Origin: the human T2T-CHM13v2.0 reference genome, Homo sapiens
Assembly: GCF_009914755.1 (NCBI RefSeq)
Contig: NC_060925.1
Reading direction: 5' to 3' (one strand)
DNA: 64,000 nt
Shown: positions 37,244 to 51,473 of the stretch, piece after piece
Position numbering within the stretch: the stretch's first letter is position 1
How the letters are laid out: each line of letters begins with the position of its first letter
The notes under the pieces: model-generated
What the model was told of the DNA's origin: nothing
Seen by the model: the letters and a program-made list of their open reading frames with translations, nothing else
The model's database searches: none
Made by a program: the position numbers and the translations under genes

Positions 37244-40200
37244 GAGCCCTTGCGTTGCACTGAAGCCTGTGTTTGGTATGAGGGTGCCATCGGGAAGGGC
37301 GCCCACACAAGTCCAAGCCCTGGAGCCTGACCTGCCCCAGCTGAAGCCCAGCTCTGCCCTTGACCCATGTTGTGATCTTAGATAAGGATCTTCATCTGTC
37401 TCTTTCCATTTCTTCATCTGAAACCTGGGGCTAATGTGACTTACCTGGCGTTGAAGACTCTGGGTTGTGTGTGTGTAGTGTCTGCCACATGGCAGATACG
37501 CTGATGGTCACTAGGTTCTTATGGCATTATTTAAATTGTGGACACATTCCACAATGACTGCAGAAAATCTCGCTAGCATATTTATTGTAGATTTCTCCCT
37601 CGTATCCTGGTTAATGGGGCAAGTACACCCCTGGTTCAGCTGGTCTCTGTCCAAATAATGTCAAGTCCTGATCTGTGCCAGACACTGCTGCCATGCCAAG
37701 CACCTGATACATAGCATATTTAATCTGCACACACCCCTTACAAGGTAAATGTCATTTCCATATTCAAGAAAAATATTGCATGCCTAGCATGTGCCATGCA
37801 CTGTTCTGGGCCCTAAGAAGAAAACACGGATAATTTAAGGAATTTGCCCACGGTCACCCACCTGGTGCTATAGGTCAGCTTCCCGAGGAAACACTTAGAG
37901 ACTTTTATTTGGGGAGAACCTTTAGGACAGGAACCTGTGGAGAGCGAAGGCAGCAGCAGGTGGGGGTGGCGGGCCCAAGCTCAGTGTGGCTGCCTCTGAG
38001 GCCTCACCCAGTTCATGGGCACTCTGGAGCCAGAGGCAAGGGAGTTGAGCCTTCTACAAACACCCCTGGCCTGGCACCAGCCATTGGATATGTGCTGCTT
38101 CCTGACAGCGGGTGGGACCTTGGGCGAGGTGGCTTTGTTGGTCTGTAATTCCTGCTGAGGGACTGCTGAGAGCAGTTAGTGTGGGAACTTCCAGCAGCTG
38201 GAGGAGCTCTCAGCTAGGCAGTGGCAAAGTGGCGTCCAGCCTGTGTCTCTGCCTCCCAGGCTTGGGCTCTTTCCACTTGAAAGCTTACTTTTTAGGCTTG
38301 AGGGATTAGCAGGAAAAGCAGCAAGGCACAGAGGACCATGGGGACAGGAAGTGACTGGAAGTGGGGAGGCCGGAGGCTTGGCTGGGGCTGGAGTGGCCAG
38401 CTTGGGAGGGGCCTGAACACCAAGCACCTCACCTCCTAGGGCAGCTGACCTGGGGCTCCGGGTACCCTGAGCCCTGCTGCCCATTTTACTTTTTATTTTA
38501 CAGACAGGAAACAATTATACATAAATGATAAAAGTTCAGAGTTCAGGGAAAGATAAGTCGACCCACCCAAGGTGATCCCTAGCTAGTCCTTTTCTCTAAG
38601 GTTAACAGAGCTTCAAGTTTCTTCCATGCTGTTGGTGAAAATGTGTATGTATCATAACAACACACATATATACATGACTGAAGAGTCATCCTATTTACAG
38701 CCTGTTCTGCACTTCCTTTTTCACCTGATGTCTCTGGATTGTAGGCTCTTGCCACATCACCACATAGGATCTCTTCGTTCTTTTGAGCAGCCACATTAGT
38801 ATCTGTTGATGGCAGTCCGGGTTGTTTCCAGTTGTTATTAGAAATAATGCTGCAGTGAGCACCCTCGTTCATGTATCTTAGAGTAGTTTTGCCAGCAGAG
38901 CCATTGGGTAAGTTCCTAGCAGTGGAATTGCTGAGTCAAACGTTTTTTTTTTTAAACAACACTCTGTTGGGAGTACAGAGGAGGAGCTGGTGGGATGGCG
39001 GTAGGGAGTCCAGCTGGAGGCCACTGCGGGGATCCTGGGGCAAGTGGTGGTGATGGCTTGGCGTGATCCTGAGCAGGCTGAAGCCCCTGGAGACTGCTTG
39101 GAGAGGAGGGAGGGTGAGGTGAACTTGAGCCCTGAGCGAGTGGGACGGAGGCTCTGAGTAAGCGGACCATCAGCAGATGACCTTGTAGCTTGAGGACTGC
39201 CTGGAAGGGGGCCAGGGTTGCCGGGCAGGCCTGGGCAGCCTGTCCTCCCAACCCACCCTGAATGAGGGCAGCTCGGATGCTGGCCTTAGTGCTAAGTTGT
39301 GGAGCCTGGAACCCAACTACACTTTTGTGTCAAGGGAGCTGCAAAGTACAGCTGATCTGCAAAGTGGGGCAGGCAGGACTGGCGGTTTTTTTTATTGTCC
39401 CCATGGAGATGAGGAAACAGGCTTAGAGACCACATGATGCAGTGTGAAGAGCTGGGAAGCTCGTGTGTCATGACAGCTGCCTCCTCCACAGACAGGTCCT
39501 TGCTTCTCCAAATCCCAAATGTCTACCAGCTTCGTCCTCACTCCCTCATTCAACGCAGGAGAGGAAGTGATGCAGCGGAACCTGAGGGCCTCAGCCAGCC
39601 TCCCGCCCAGTACAGGCTCCCCAGCCAGTGAGCTGGTGAAGGAGCAGGAGCACGCTGCAGGGAGAGTGCTGCGCCGGGTCATGCTGGATAGCGAAACCCC
39701 ACGAGAGGAACTTCCAGCAGCAGACTTTTGGAAATGAAATGGTGACATTCCCATTGTGAACGTATTTCTCACTGTCTCATATATTTAAATTCCTGGTTGT
39801 TCCATTCAAAAGTTCTTCAGTTCATTTCCAGCAAGCTTCAGTGGCAAGGGAATTCTAATTTGGCCTGGGGGAAAGCCACTTTTCCCCTCCTGTATTCCAG
39901 CTGCCCTGTCAGATCCTCCACTTCCTCGCTGGCAAAATGGGGATACAGCACCTCCCTTCCAAGTTTCCCCACCTTTGGATCAAATAGGCTCCATTCGCCA
40001 AGGTTTCAAGTCGATGGGTTTGGAGTTCTTCTTAGAAGCCAGGTGGAAAGGTGGACTTGCTGGAGGGGACCTCACTTTAGGCTGCTCTCTGTTCTCTCCC
40101 AAAGCTGGCTCAGGCTGGACCTGGGGCAAGTGTTTGGCAGAGGCTCTGTGACAACCCACAGGAGCAGGACAGGATCCTCTCGGGCTTTAGACAGCATCTC

Positions 40201-40474
40201 CCTGGTTCCTCTTTTGCTGTGGGTGAAAGTCTCAGAAAGCATGCAGGTGACCCGATTGTCTTGACTCTCTCTTTAACATGGACACTCAGATGTCCATGAC
40301 CCATAAGGCCTACCTGCTTCACTGCTGGAAGACCCCCGATCCAGGGACCCTCTCCCCTCAGAATACATCTCCTCATATCCAAAAACTGCATCCAGGGGGG
40401 CGTGCTGCCCAGGGCAGGACCTCCATCCCTTAGAGGCCAGCTTGTCAGAGCAACATGGCCCCTGCCATGTTCAC

Positions 40475-40605
40475 TCTCACACACGTGCACAGGCATACAT
40501 GCGCGCACACATGCATACAGGCACATCACACTCCCACACATGCAGTCACACTCCCACCCACACACCACACACTCAGACATGTGCACACACACACACGTGT
40601 ACACG
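40475..40605. repeat. Degenerate (CA)n-rich low-complexity tract
   Basis: Read directly from the sequence. Confidence 0.75.
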
Positions 40606-43600
40606 AGACCCATGGATCTCCTCCTCCCCAGCTAGGCCAATGATGGAACCCAAGAATAGGTCCAGACTGGAGATTGAGCCCTGAGGTCCCTCACCGTAGA
40701 CCTCCTTTGGGGGCAGCCCATTTAATAAGCACCTACTGTGTACCAGGTGTTGTTGTGCTGGGAGCGAGTTACAGAATGAGGGAGACATGGTCCCCGCCCT
40801 CTGGGAGCTCCTGGGGTACTGGGTGGACACGGCCAGAGTGGTCTCCTTTGGATTGGCAGTAGCAGGTACCCACAAAGGCCACCTCCTTCCCCACACCTGG
40901 GCGCCTACCCACCCACAGGTGACAGCTTGCCATAGGGAGGGGTGCCACTGAGCACATTCTGGGGCTACTCAACAACATCCAGTTATTCCAAGAGCACTCA
41001 TCGAGCACCTACTGGGCACCAGGACCTGTGCTGGCAATTCTCAGGACGAAGAGGGCTCTTACATGGTCCCTGGCTTAGAGGAGCTCCCAGCCTGATGGGG
41101 GAAGCATACACTGAACCAGGCTGTGGGGACCCAGGGAGAGAGCTACCCCAGCCTGGAAGGCTTCCAGGAGGAGGGGCCATCTGAGCTAGGTTCTGAAGGG
41201 CAAGTGGGAAGGAGGAGGGGCCAGCAGGAACAAAGGCCCTGGGGGGGCAGACATCCACAGAGTACTGCAAAGTTGGAGGTGAAGTGCTGAGGGGCAAGGA
41301 AAAGCAGGAGTGTCCATGGCCCTTCCATGCCCTGCAGCTATCTGGAAGCTGTGAGGAGCGTGGACTTGGTCCCAGAGTCACGGTGGGCGTGGCCACCTGG
41401 GTTCCCCACTAGCAAGAAGCCCTCTCCTCTCTGCACCCCTTTTCTTCTCGTGGTCACCAGGGCATCTCACTTTCCTGGTCTTCTACTCACTGCTCTGTCG
41501 CCTTTGTGGGTCCCTCCTATTCCCCAGATCTCAGGGCCCAGTCCTTCGGCCTCTTCTCCATTCATTCCCTAGATGATTTCAGCCAGTCTGGTGGCTTTAA
41601 AGACCCTCTAAATGGCAACAACTCCCATGGTATGTCTGTAGTTCAGACCTGCCTACTTGATGTCTTTACTGGATATCAAATCAGCATCTCAAATTTAACT
41701 CGCCAGAACAGAGCTCTTCCTGCAGCCTGCCTCACCTCCGCAAACGGCATCTCTGTCCTTCCGTGTCTGTTCACTACTGTACCCCTAGTGCCAGAACAAC
41801 CCCTGGCATAAAAGGGGTGCTCAGCAAACACGAGTGGATGGATGGAAAGAAGGAAGTCTATGGAGGCTCAAAGTGAGATGGTCTTTGTGGCACTGGAGGG
41901 CTGACATGGGAGGCAGGAAACCAAGGGCATGGCTGAATTCCAGAAACCAGATGCCAGGTTCTGCGGCTCCGCAGGCACCCTGGGAATAGAGAGAACAGAA
42001 CCTCTGCCTTTCAGCACCCACCCTCGTTGGTCTGATCTTTTACATCCAACCCCCAGCCCCAACTCCAAGCCCCCAGTGCTTGTACCCAGTGAGCCCAGGG
42101 CTGGGCAGAGCAACGCTCATCCGCCTGTAACCCCACCCTGCCCAGCCACTCTGCTCAAGTCCAGGGGAGCCCCATGGCCTGAACCCCAAGAGGCCCAGCT
42201 CCCCTCAGTTCAGGGTCAGAGCCCTCTGAGGGACCCCAGGTATGTTCTGGGCTCAATCTCCTGGAGTCTGTGGAATCTGGGAACACAGCCCACCACTTCA
42301 TGGGACAGCCGAGACTGGGGCGGGGGATTCCTCAGGTCACCAGGGAGCCAGACTGAGCAGCCTTCTTACCCCCGCTAGAGCCCTGCTCTGGCCTAGCGCG
42401 TTAGTGGCTATGCTGCTGCTGGTGTCAGCGACTTGCCTTAAGTTTCTTTCCTGGCTCTGGGGCAGGGGGCAGTGGGGATGCCCAGCAGGGAGGCAGGTGT
42501 GGGGTCCTGTCTCAGGCCTGGTCCTACCTCTGGCCCCCCAGGCCGGCCGACCCCTAGAATCAAGTGCCTGTGGACAGCGATGACTCCAGCAGGAAAGCTG
42601 TGGTCTGGCCCCCGACTCCGGCACCTCTCAGTGATGGGCCGAAGCCCTATTTTGTGGAAGGACTGGCATGACGCTCCCTTTTCTCCTCCTCATTTCAGTA
42701 TCTTTCCACTGGCTCATGTAGAGCTCTGGCCTGGCCCCAGGCAGTGATGAAAATGCTTAGTGAACAAGAACCAGTTCTTTGCTCAGAGATCTGCCCCTGA
42801 GGAAGGCCAAACTAACCTGCACCAGGGCCATTTGTGTTGTGAAGGCAACTGCCGGGCTGCCGAGGGGCCCCAGGCTGAGGGGTAGCACAGCACACAGCAG
42901 GCGCTCTTCCCAGGCTGGGCCCCGTGACCTGCCTTCCTCCAGCTAGGCACCCTGATCCCATGGCTCTCGTCTGTGCCTGACTCCTGCTCCAAGGAGCACA
43001 GGTATCGGATGGATATCCCATCCACCCAACCTCCTTTCCCCAGCCCTGGGTCAGCACCATTGATACAGGTTAGTCGCAGCCTCAGTCTCTTCATCTCTCC
43101 AATGGAGATGCTTTTCCAATAGTTCAAAGGTGTCTGTACTCAGCAAAAGCCTAGGAAACCTTGTTCCAAGGTGAAGAGGGAAGGACCAGATGGAATCTCC
43201 TAGATCCTCCCAGCTACTCCCCAACACACCCATTTGGACTCTCCCCACGAGTAACATCACTTGTAGCGAACACATGCTGCTCTTAGTCCGTGCACGGCAC
43301 TGTTCTAAGCACTTCACGGTGCTAACCTCCTCACAGCCTATGAGGCAGCCAACCCGCCATCCCCCATTTTGCAGATGAGAGAACTGAGAACAGAAGTATC
43401 AACTAATTTGCCCAAGGCCACACAGCAAGTTGCAGCAAACAAGATTTAAACCTGGGAATTTGCTATCTGGTCCCCTAAGGGCTTTATAAACATGGGCTGA
43501 GCCTGCCCTTTGCTTGGACCCTCTGTCTCCCACCCACCCACCACGGCATCCGCTCCTGCTACAAGCCTAGAATGAGGTCCCCAGAGCTCCAGGGAAGTAC

Positions 43601-44009
43601 AAAGTTCTTTCTAGTCGTGCAAGTCAGCATCCATAGCAGCTTACCTCACCCTAGCCCTCAGCATTTCTTGCCTAAATGTCGTCTGGGAATGCCTCTCTCC
43701 ATATCTTGCCAGCCCCACCTGATTCATCTCCCAGGAGACCACCAGCATACACTTTCCAAAATTTAAGTAGACTGCACTACTCTCAAAACCCTTCAAGGGC
43801 TCCCAGTACCTTGGAGGTTTAGGAAAAAAAAAAATCAACCTCCCTGTGCCCCCAACAGTCGCCAACAGCAGGCACTTGAGGCTGGGGGCCTGGGGTGAAG
43901 CCAGTCCCACCCGAGGGGAGAAAGCAGGGAGTGGCTGTGGCCCTCCTGGCCGATAGCGACTCCCCATAGAAAACAGAGGGCACCAGGAGGAACCTTTTTC
44001 TACTTCCAG

Positions 44010-44267
44010 AAAAATAAAAGACATTCCAGCGGACCAAAATGTGTTTGCAAGACAAGAAATGGAAAATGGCTTTTAGACAGCCCCCAAATATTTAAAGTGA
44101 GATGGATACCTTCCCTCCCAACCCACCTTCCGCCAAGGCCATCGCGACTCCACAAGAACACAGAATTTGCAGGCCCAGGAAAAGAAGGCAGACGCCTCAA
44201 ACACAAAACATCTTGTTATGCACCAGGAACAAAAACTGTGCCCAAGAAGTCACCTTGCATTTTGTAA
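44010..44267 (+). CDS. MRPL37: Candidate alternative terminal exon of MRPL37 (85-aa basic tail, 483-aa isoform)
   Basis: Acceptor ctttttctacttccag|; phase-0 frame open for 85 codons (KNKRHSSGPKCVCK...KKSPCIL*); AATAAA at 44275 and 44339. Confidence 0.65.
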   Translation, partial: KNKRHSSGPKCVCKTRNGKWLLDSPQIFKVRWIPSLPTHLPPRPSRLHKNTEFAGPGKEGRRLKHKTSCYAPGTKTVPKKSPCIL

Positions 44268-44314
44268 TCAGTGTAATAAACTCCAACCCACATTCCCCAA
44301 ACATGTCAGGAAGG

Positions 44315-46016
44315 GCTGCGGAAAAAAGATGTCCCTTTAATAAAACGTTATCAACATATATCGTACACAAACTACAATGTATCATAATTACTTTTTTTTC
44401 CTCTCTTAATTCAGAACCAGACTACAAGGTAAGAAAAAACACAGAAACAGCTACAATGTTCCCAATAATCCGCACAAAGTCTTTTTTCAGGCAGATGATA
44501 TCTCACATAATATGATATACATGGATCAGAAAGGGAGGGAGTAAAACAAAGACCAGCTACAGGGGAGGGAGGAAGGAGAAGGGCATGTCAATGTACAAAG
44601 AATTCGGGTGTCTTCCAGGGCAAGACACAAAGGTTTCCGTGGGGTGATGAGGTGAGTGGGGCCATGAGCACCCTCCCGGGAGGGGACAGGCTCCACTGTC
44701 GGGCTTGTTGGTTTTTGAAAGTAAAAACAGGACTGGAGCCAGCACGTCTGTTTGGTTGTCGGTGTCCCCCCACCCCCCACAGCTGCTCCAAAGTCTTTCC
44801 ATCCAGTCCCAAGCATATACAGAGCAATTCTGATCAGTATCCCATCTTTGAGAAAGGACGAATAAAGAGAAAAAACAAAGAAAACCGGAACTCCAGCCCC
44901 CCAAGCCGGTGCACACGATGACGCTGATGCGAGGATCTCGGGACCAGAACGCGGAGGTCACTGTTTCCATGTCCCAGGTCATAGCCATCCTGTCAGTGGC
45001 AGCCTCTCCCACTCTGCGCCAGGCCACCACCCAGCTGGCAGGATTCTCACTGGGAAGACTGGGGTGGGGGCAGAGGAGGGGCTGGAGAGGCAGGGAGGCC
45101 AGGACGGAAGGGAGGTCCAGGAGAGGAGGAGGGTGTCCTGGGAACAGTGCATGCCACCGGGTCACGGTGACGGTCTGGGCTGTGGTGGAATCCTGAAAGG
45201 GGTCAGTGGTCCGGCCCCTCTGGCCACAGGATGAGGGTGCTGGGTTCTGGGGTCCAAGCGTGCCGCTGCTGTTGCCATGGAAATCAAGCTAGAACAAACG
45301 CGTCCCCACTCCTCCCCTGCCTGTTGCACAAACCAAAACCCCAAGTGGAAAACGGTGACTGCCTTTTCTTCTTTCCAAAAAAGGCCTTTTGAAAGAAACC
45401 AACGATTGTAAACTGTCCAGTTTATTATTATTATTTTTGATGGCTACAGACAATGTGGGCTCTCACACCTAGACTAGCTTTTCTGGTGGAAGGGCTTGGG
45501 CACAGACAGACAGCAGGGCTTCTGGTTTTCCTTTTTTTTTTTTCCTTTTTCCTTTTTTTTTTTTTTTTAAGAAGAAAGCATAGAGGTTGATTGGGGTGGG
45601 GGGCTTGCTAGAAGCTTCCATTTAAAAAAATTTTCCCCCAAAAAACCCCCCTGAAAACAAATAAAAAAATCCCAACAATGGTAAAACCCCAAACAAAAAA
45701 CAACAAAAAAGTGTCATGTACAGAAAAGGTCCTTTGGGGAAAGGGCAAGGGGTGGGATTTTTCTGGTCACTGACTTGAAATACATTTTTGAGAGTTTTGT
45801 CCTTCTTGTTTTATGGAATAAAAAGTTTGGCCTTTTTATTGCATGAAACTAAAATTGGGAAAGGTAGGGGGCGTGGATGGGGTGGGAGGGGGTTGAGGGG
45901 AGCAGGGAGATGCCCTCCCCACCAGCTCCTGGATAATGACACCTCACTTCTTGCATAATTTCTGGCATCTTCCCGCCTGCAATGCCTGCTCTCTCAGCGT
46001 CTCGGAGAAGGGGGGA
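44315..46016 (-). other. SSBP3: SSBP3 3'UTR with tandem poly(A) signals (3' end approximate)
   Basis: Free of interspersed repeats, U-rich on the minus strand; AATAAA at 45835-45840 and 45421-45426, ATTAAA at 44336-44341 (all minus strand). Confidence 0.75.
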
Positions 46017-46046
46017 TCACACACTCATCGTCATGCTTGGAGAATA
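46017..46046 (-). CDS. SSBP3: SSBP3 last coding exon (YSPSMTMSV*)
   Basis: tttccag|; C-terminus typical of the SSBP2/3/4 family; TGA at 46017-46019. Confidence 0.93.
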   Translation of the reverse strand, partial: YSPSMTMSV

Positions 46047-46298
46047 CTGGAAAGGAGAAGCAGAGAAGGGGGGGGGGTGAGGATTGTGGGGAGGCCGCTG
46101 ACACACCCAGGTGCCAAGAGCCTGGGGTGACTGCACAGAACTGAGCAGGGCTCATTTGGGGATGTGGTTGAGCTGAGGGGCACATGGTGGCATGGAGTGG
46201 GCAGGGGGCCGGTAGGGCAGGATAAGGGCCAGGAGGCGGGAGCTAAGAGCCACTTCTCAGTGCCAGCCTGCCCTTCTGTTGGGAACTAAGGCAGCTGA

Positions 46299-46680
<382 letters not shown>

Positions 46681-47140
46681 CAGTCTGGGGTTCTTGAAAG
46701 CTGCTTAATCATAACACTGTTTCTTCAAATGAGAATGCACACAGAAGCCCACTATAGAAAAGCAGACAGCCAACCCGTGTTGAGAGCCCTGAAAATCGTT
46801 GGCTGCACGAACCTTTCCCCACTGGACAGATGGAAATGGACCCGTGGGGCAATACTGCCCCAACTCTCTCAGCCCAGGGCTCTCCCGGCCGTATCAGCTT
46901 AATCAGTGCCAGAGGCATCCAGCCTGCATGGAGCTGCCTCCAGAAGGCCCCACCAGCAGGCAGTCTCAGGGCAGCGTCAAGGCTGCACACTTCTGCTAAA
47001 AAAATAACTGAGGTGGAAAAACCATAACACGGCCACCAGCTTAGCTGGCAGGCTGCAGCCCGGCTCCGTAGCTCGCAACTTGTTAGGAAAGAGTCCCCAG
47101 GCCGTGGGGACGAGAGCAACAGGCAGGGGGCGAGGCTTAC

Positions 47141-47242
47141 ATTGTCGTTCTGAAAGGAGTGGAGGAAGTTCCCTCCTAGCTCGCCGTCATCTCGAGGGGT
47201 GCCTGGAGGATTGCTAATGCCACTTATGTTGTTAGGAGAATT
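47141..47242 (-). CDS. SSBP3: SSBP3 exon ([34 protein letters not shown])
   Basis: ccacag| and |GTAAGC; 102 nt. Confidence 0.93.
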
Positions 47243-47334
47243 CTGTGGAAAGAGGAGAGGAGGTGAGCACCTGTGTCCCCAACAACCTGCCCACACAGAT
47301 GGGGCGCCGCCAGGGAGACCGAGTGCACACTCAC

Positions 47335-47363
47335 TTTTGGAAGTCCGTCTATGTCGCCTGACC
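47335..47363 (-). CDS. SSBP3: SSBP3 exon ([10 protein letters not shown])
   Basis: tttccag| and |GTGAGT; 29 nt. Confidence 0.92.
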
Positions 47364-47633
47364 CTGGAAAGAAAAAATAATCCAATTCAGTTTCTTGCTT
47401 GCTCTTCCACGGAGGGGTCTCCCCTCGTCCTGGGCTCCTCGGGCCTCTAAGCCCTTCCATCCCAGTCCCACACTGTGCGGAGGGCTTTCTGTGCGGCATC
47501 CCTCTCAGGATCGTCCTGTGTGCCCAGCCAAGGCCGGCCAGGGCTCTGTACCAAGCCCAGCTGAGCCAGGAGCTGAGGCACAGAGCTGGCTGCCCAGGCA
47601 GGGTGGGGCATGGCGAGGGCAGGGGCCACTCAC

Positions 47634-47712
47634 CTAATGATCCATTCATGTGGTGTGGCTCCATGCCACCCATGCCGCCCATCGGACCGTCCGAGCCGGG
47701 ACCCATCGGGAA
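47634..47712 (-). CDS. SSBP3: SSBP3 exon ([26 protein letters not shown])
   Basis: ccccag| and |GTGAGT; 79 nt. Confidence 0.93.
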
Positions 47713-49394
47713 CTGGGGAAGAAGCACAGGGCATGGCAGCTCAGCGGGCCCTGGCCCTCTGCACCCCTCACAGGCAGGGGGCTGCAGCCACGCTTGAGTC
47801 CTGGCCCTGGGGAACCCCTGCTCCGGCAGGCTCTGCTCACACTCGGACATGTCCTGCCTGGCAGCTGGGCCAGGGTCCTCACCTCGGCCCTCTAAGCTGC
47901 AGGGCAGAGGTGCTCATTCCAATGACCCAGGTGAGGGAGAGGGACTGGCCCACTGCCACCCAACTCCACACAGAGGCACCTCTGAAACTGAGCCTCTCGG
48001 ATCCCACCACAGGGCCCTCTCCATCCCCCGTGTGGAGAGTGTGGTTCCCCAGACAGAGGCACATGTGGACAGCTCTCCGACCATGTCAGGCCAGGGACCA
48101 AAACATCTGTGCTTCTCATCCCCACTTCACAGGTGAGGAAACAGAAGCAGTGAGAGGAAACGCTTTGCTTGAGGTCCCAGAGGCTGGAGGTGGAGGAGCT
48201 GGGACTGGAACCTGGCAGCAGGCCTGGAGCTGTCATGCTGGCCCTCTCCCAAGTTAACAAAAGGAAGAAATTAGAAATGAAGATGTTTCCTGGGGCTGGG
48301 CGGTGAGAAGAGGTGGGGTTTGATGAGTGGTGGGGAAGAGAGAGCTAGGGCACTGGCCCTGGAGGCACTGCATGGCACCCTGGGACTGTGGGGTGGTGGC
48401 AGGAGGTCACTGATGAGGCTCCCATGCAGAACTGTTGGTGTGGCAGATGAGGGCTTGGAGATAAGAGTCGATTCTACCCACCCACAAGCCTATCTGGAAC
48501 TATCAAACCCTTCTCGGAAAGGAAGACCAGAAAGGTCACATCCCACAGCCACGAGTCACGGGGCTGGGGAGGGGCGGCTGAGCCCAGCCTGGAGCGCCAA
48601 GGCCCTGTGATGCAGACTGCATCTGCATCGAGTGGGAAGGGAGTGGAGGTGGTGGAATGGAGGGCTGTTTGGCACCTGGCCGGGACTGGGTGCCACAGAC
48701 GCAGAGCTGAGTCACACCTGAGCCCCAGCCCAGAGGAGCAGCTCACGGATACCCAACTACCCCACAGGAGGACAGAGATGCTGACTTCCAAAGACAGCTG
48801 CAAAGTACAGCTGCGGCTTCAGAGCAAGGCAGAGAAATCAGAACCGGCTGCCTGGAGGAGGAAGAGAGCATCAACAAAATTGAGGGGTAAAATCTGGGCA
48901 GGCAGAGCCCATCGCGGAAATCACTCTAAGGCAGGGGTCCCACATGAGCAGAAGGCTACCAAGTGGGTGGCAGCATGGCGTGCCAGAGCACAGAAAGGGG
49001 TGTAAGGGGTAAGGCTGTGACCAGGCTGCAGGGGCACAGCTAGGGTATGAGCTGCTTCCCCGTGCCCACCCAGACTGGGGGAGGGGTGGCGCATCCTTGC
49101 CTCTCCAGTGGGCCCCCCACCAAAGCAGCTCACAGGCTTTTGGGCACATTTTGCCATCTAGCAACCAATTTCATGCTTATTAACCTAAGTGATAGGAGGA
49201 TGAAAGTAACCAGCTTTCTAGGGAGCCAACCCAGGACACAGCCATGCCAGACCCCCAAAATCCCCAAACATGATAATACAGATTTATGCACATGTATGTC
49301 ATTACCTTAACATGAATATGTCGCTACTTTAACATCAATGTATTAAGAAACAAGTATTTCTTCAAAATGACATATTATTGTATACTTTCTGTAT

Positions 49395-50975
<1,581 letters not shown>

Positions 50976-51473
50976 TTCTGTATTATTTACTTTTCCATTA
51001 GATTAATGCTATTATGTAAACAACAATAGGAACTGTTAACAGCGGCAATTAGTAGCAATTAGGAGGTGGACTAGTTAAATGATTGATATGTATGAGGAAA
51101 AATATTAATATTTTTATAACGTTTCTGTCCTCTGATACAGAAATAACTTTTTGCTCGAATACTTAAATTTGATAGGCTATATTACATTAATTATTTTTTA
51201 GAGATGAGGTCTTGCTCTGTCACCCAAGCTAGAGTGCACTCAAGTGATCCACCTGCCTCAGCCTCCTGAATAGCTGGGACTACAGGCTCGAGCCACTGCA
51301 CCTGGCTTATTATTTATGTTTTTAAAAAATAAAACATAGGCCAAGCATGGTGGCTCGCACCTGTAATCCCTTTGGGAGGCTGAGGCAGGAGGATCACCTG
51401 AGCCCAGGAGTGCAAAAACATCCTGGGCAACATAGTGAGACCTCATCTCTACATCAACAAATAAATTAGGGGC

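Noticed and set aside
44102-44515. 137-aa plus-strand ORF
   Set aside because: It is in a different frame from the splice-compatible MRPL37 alternative exon, runs past the poly(A) signals into antisense SSBP3 UTR, and shows no recognisable homology.
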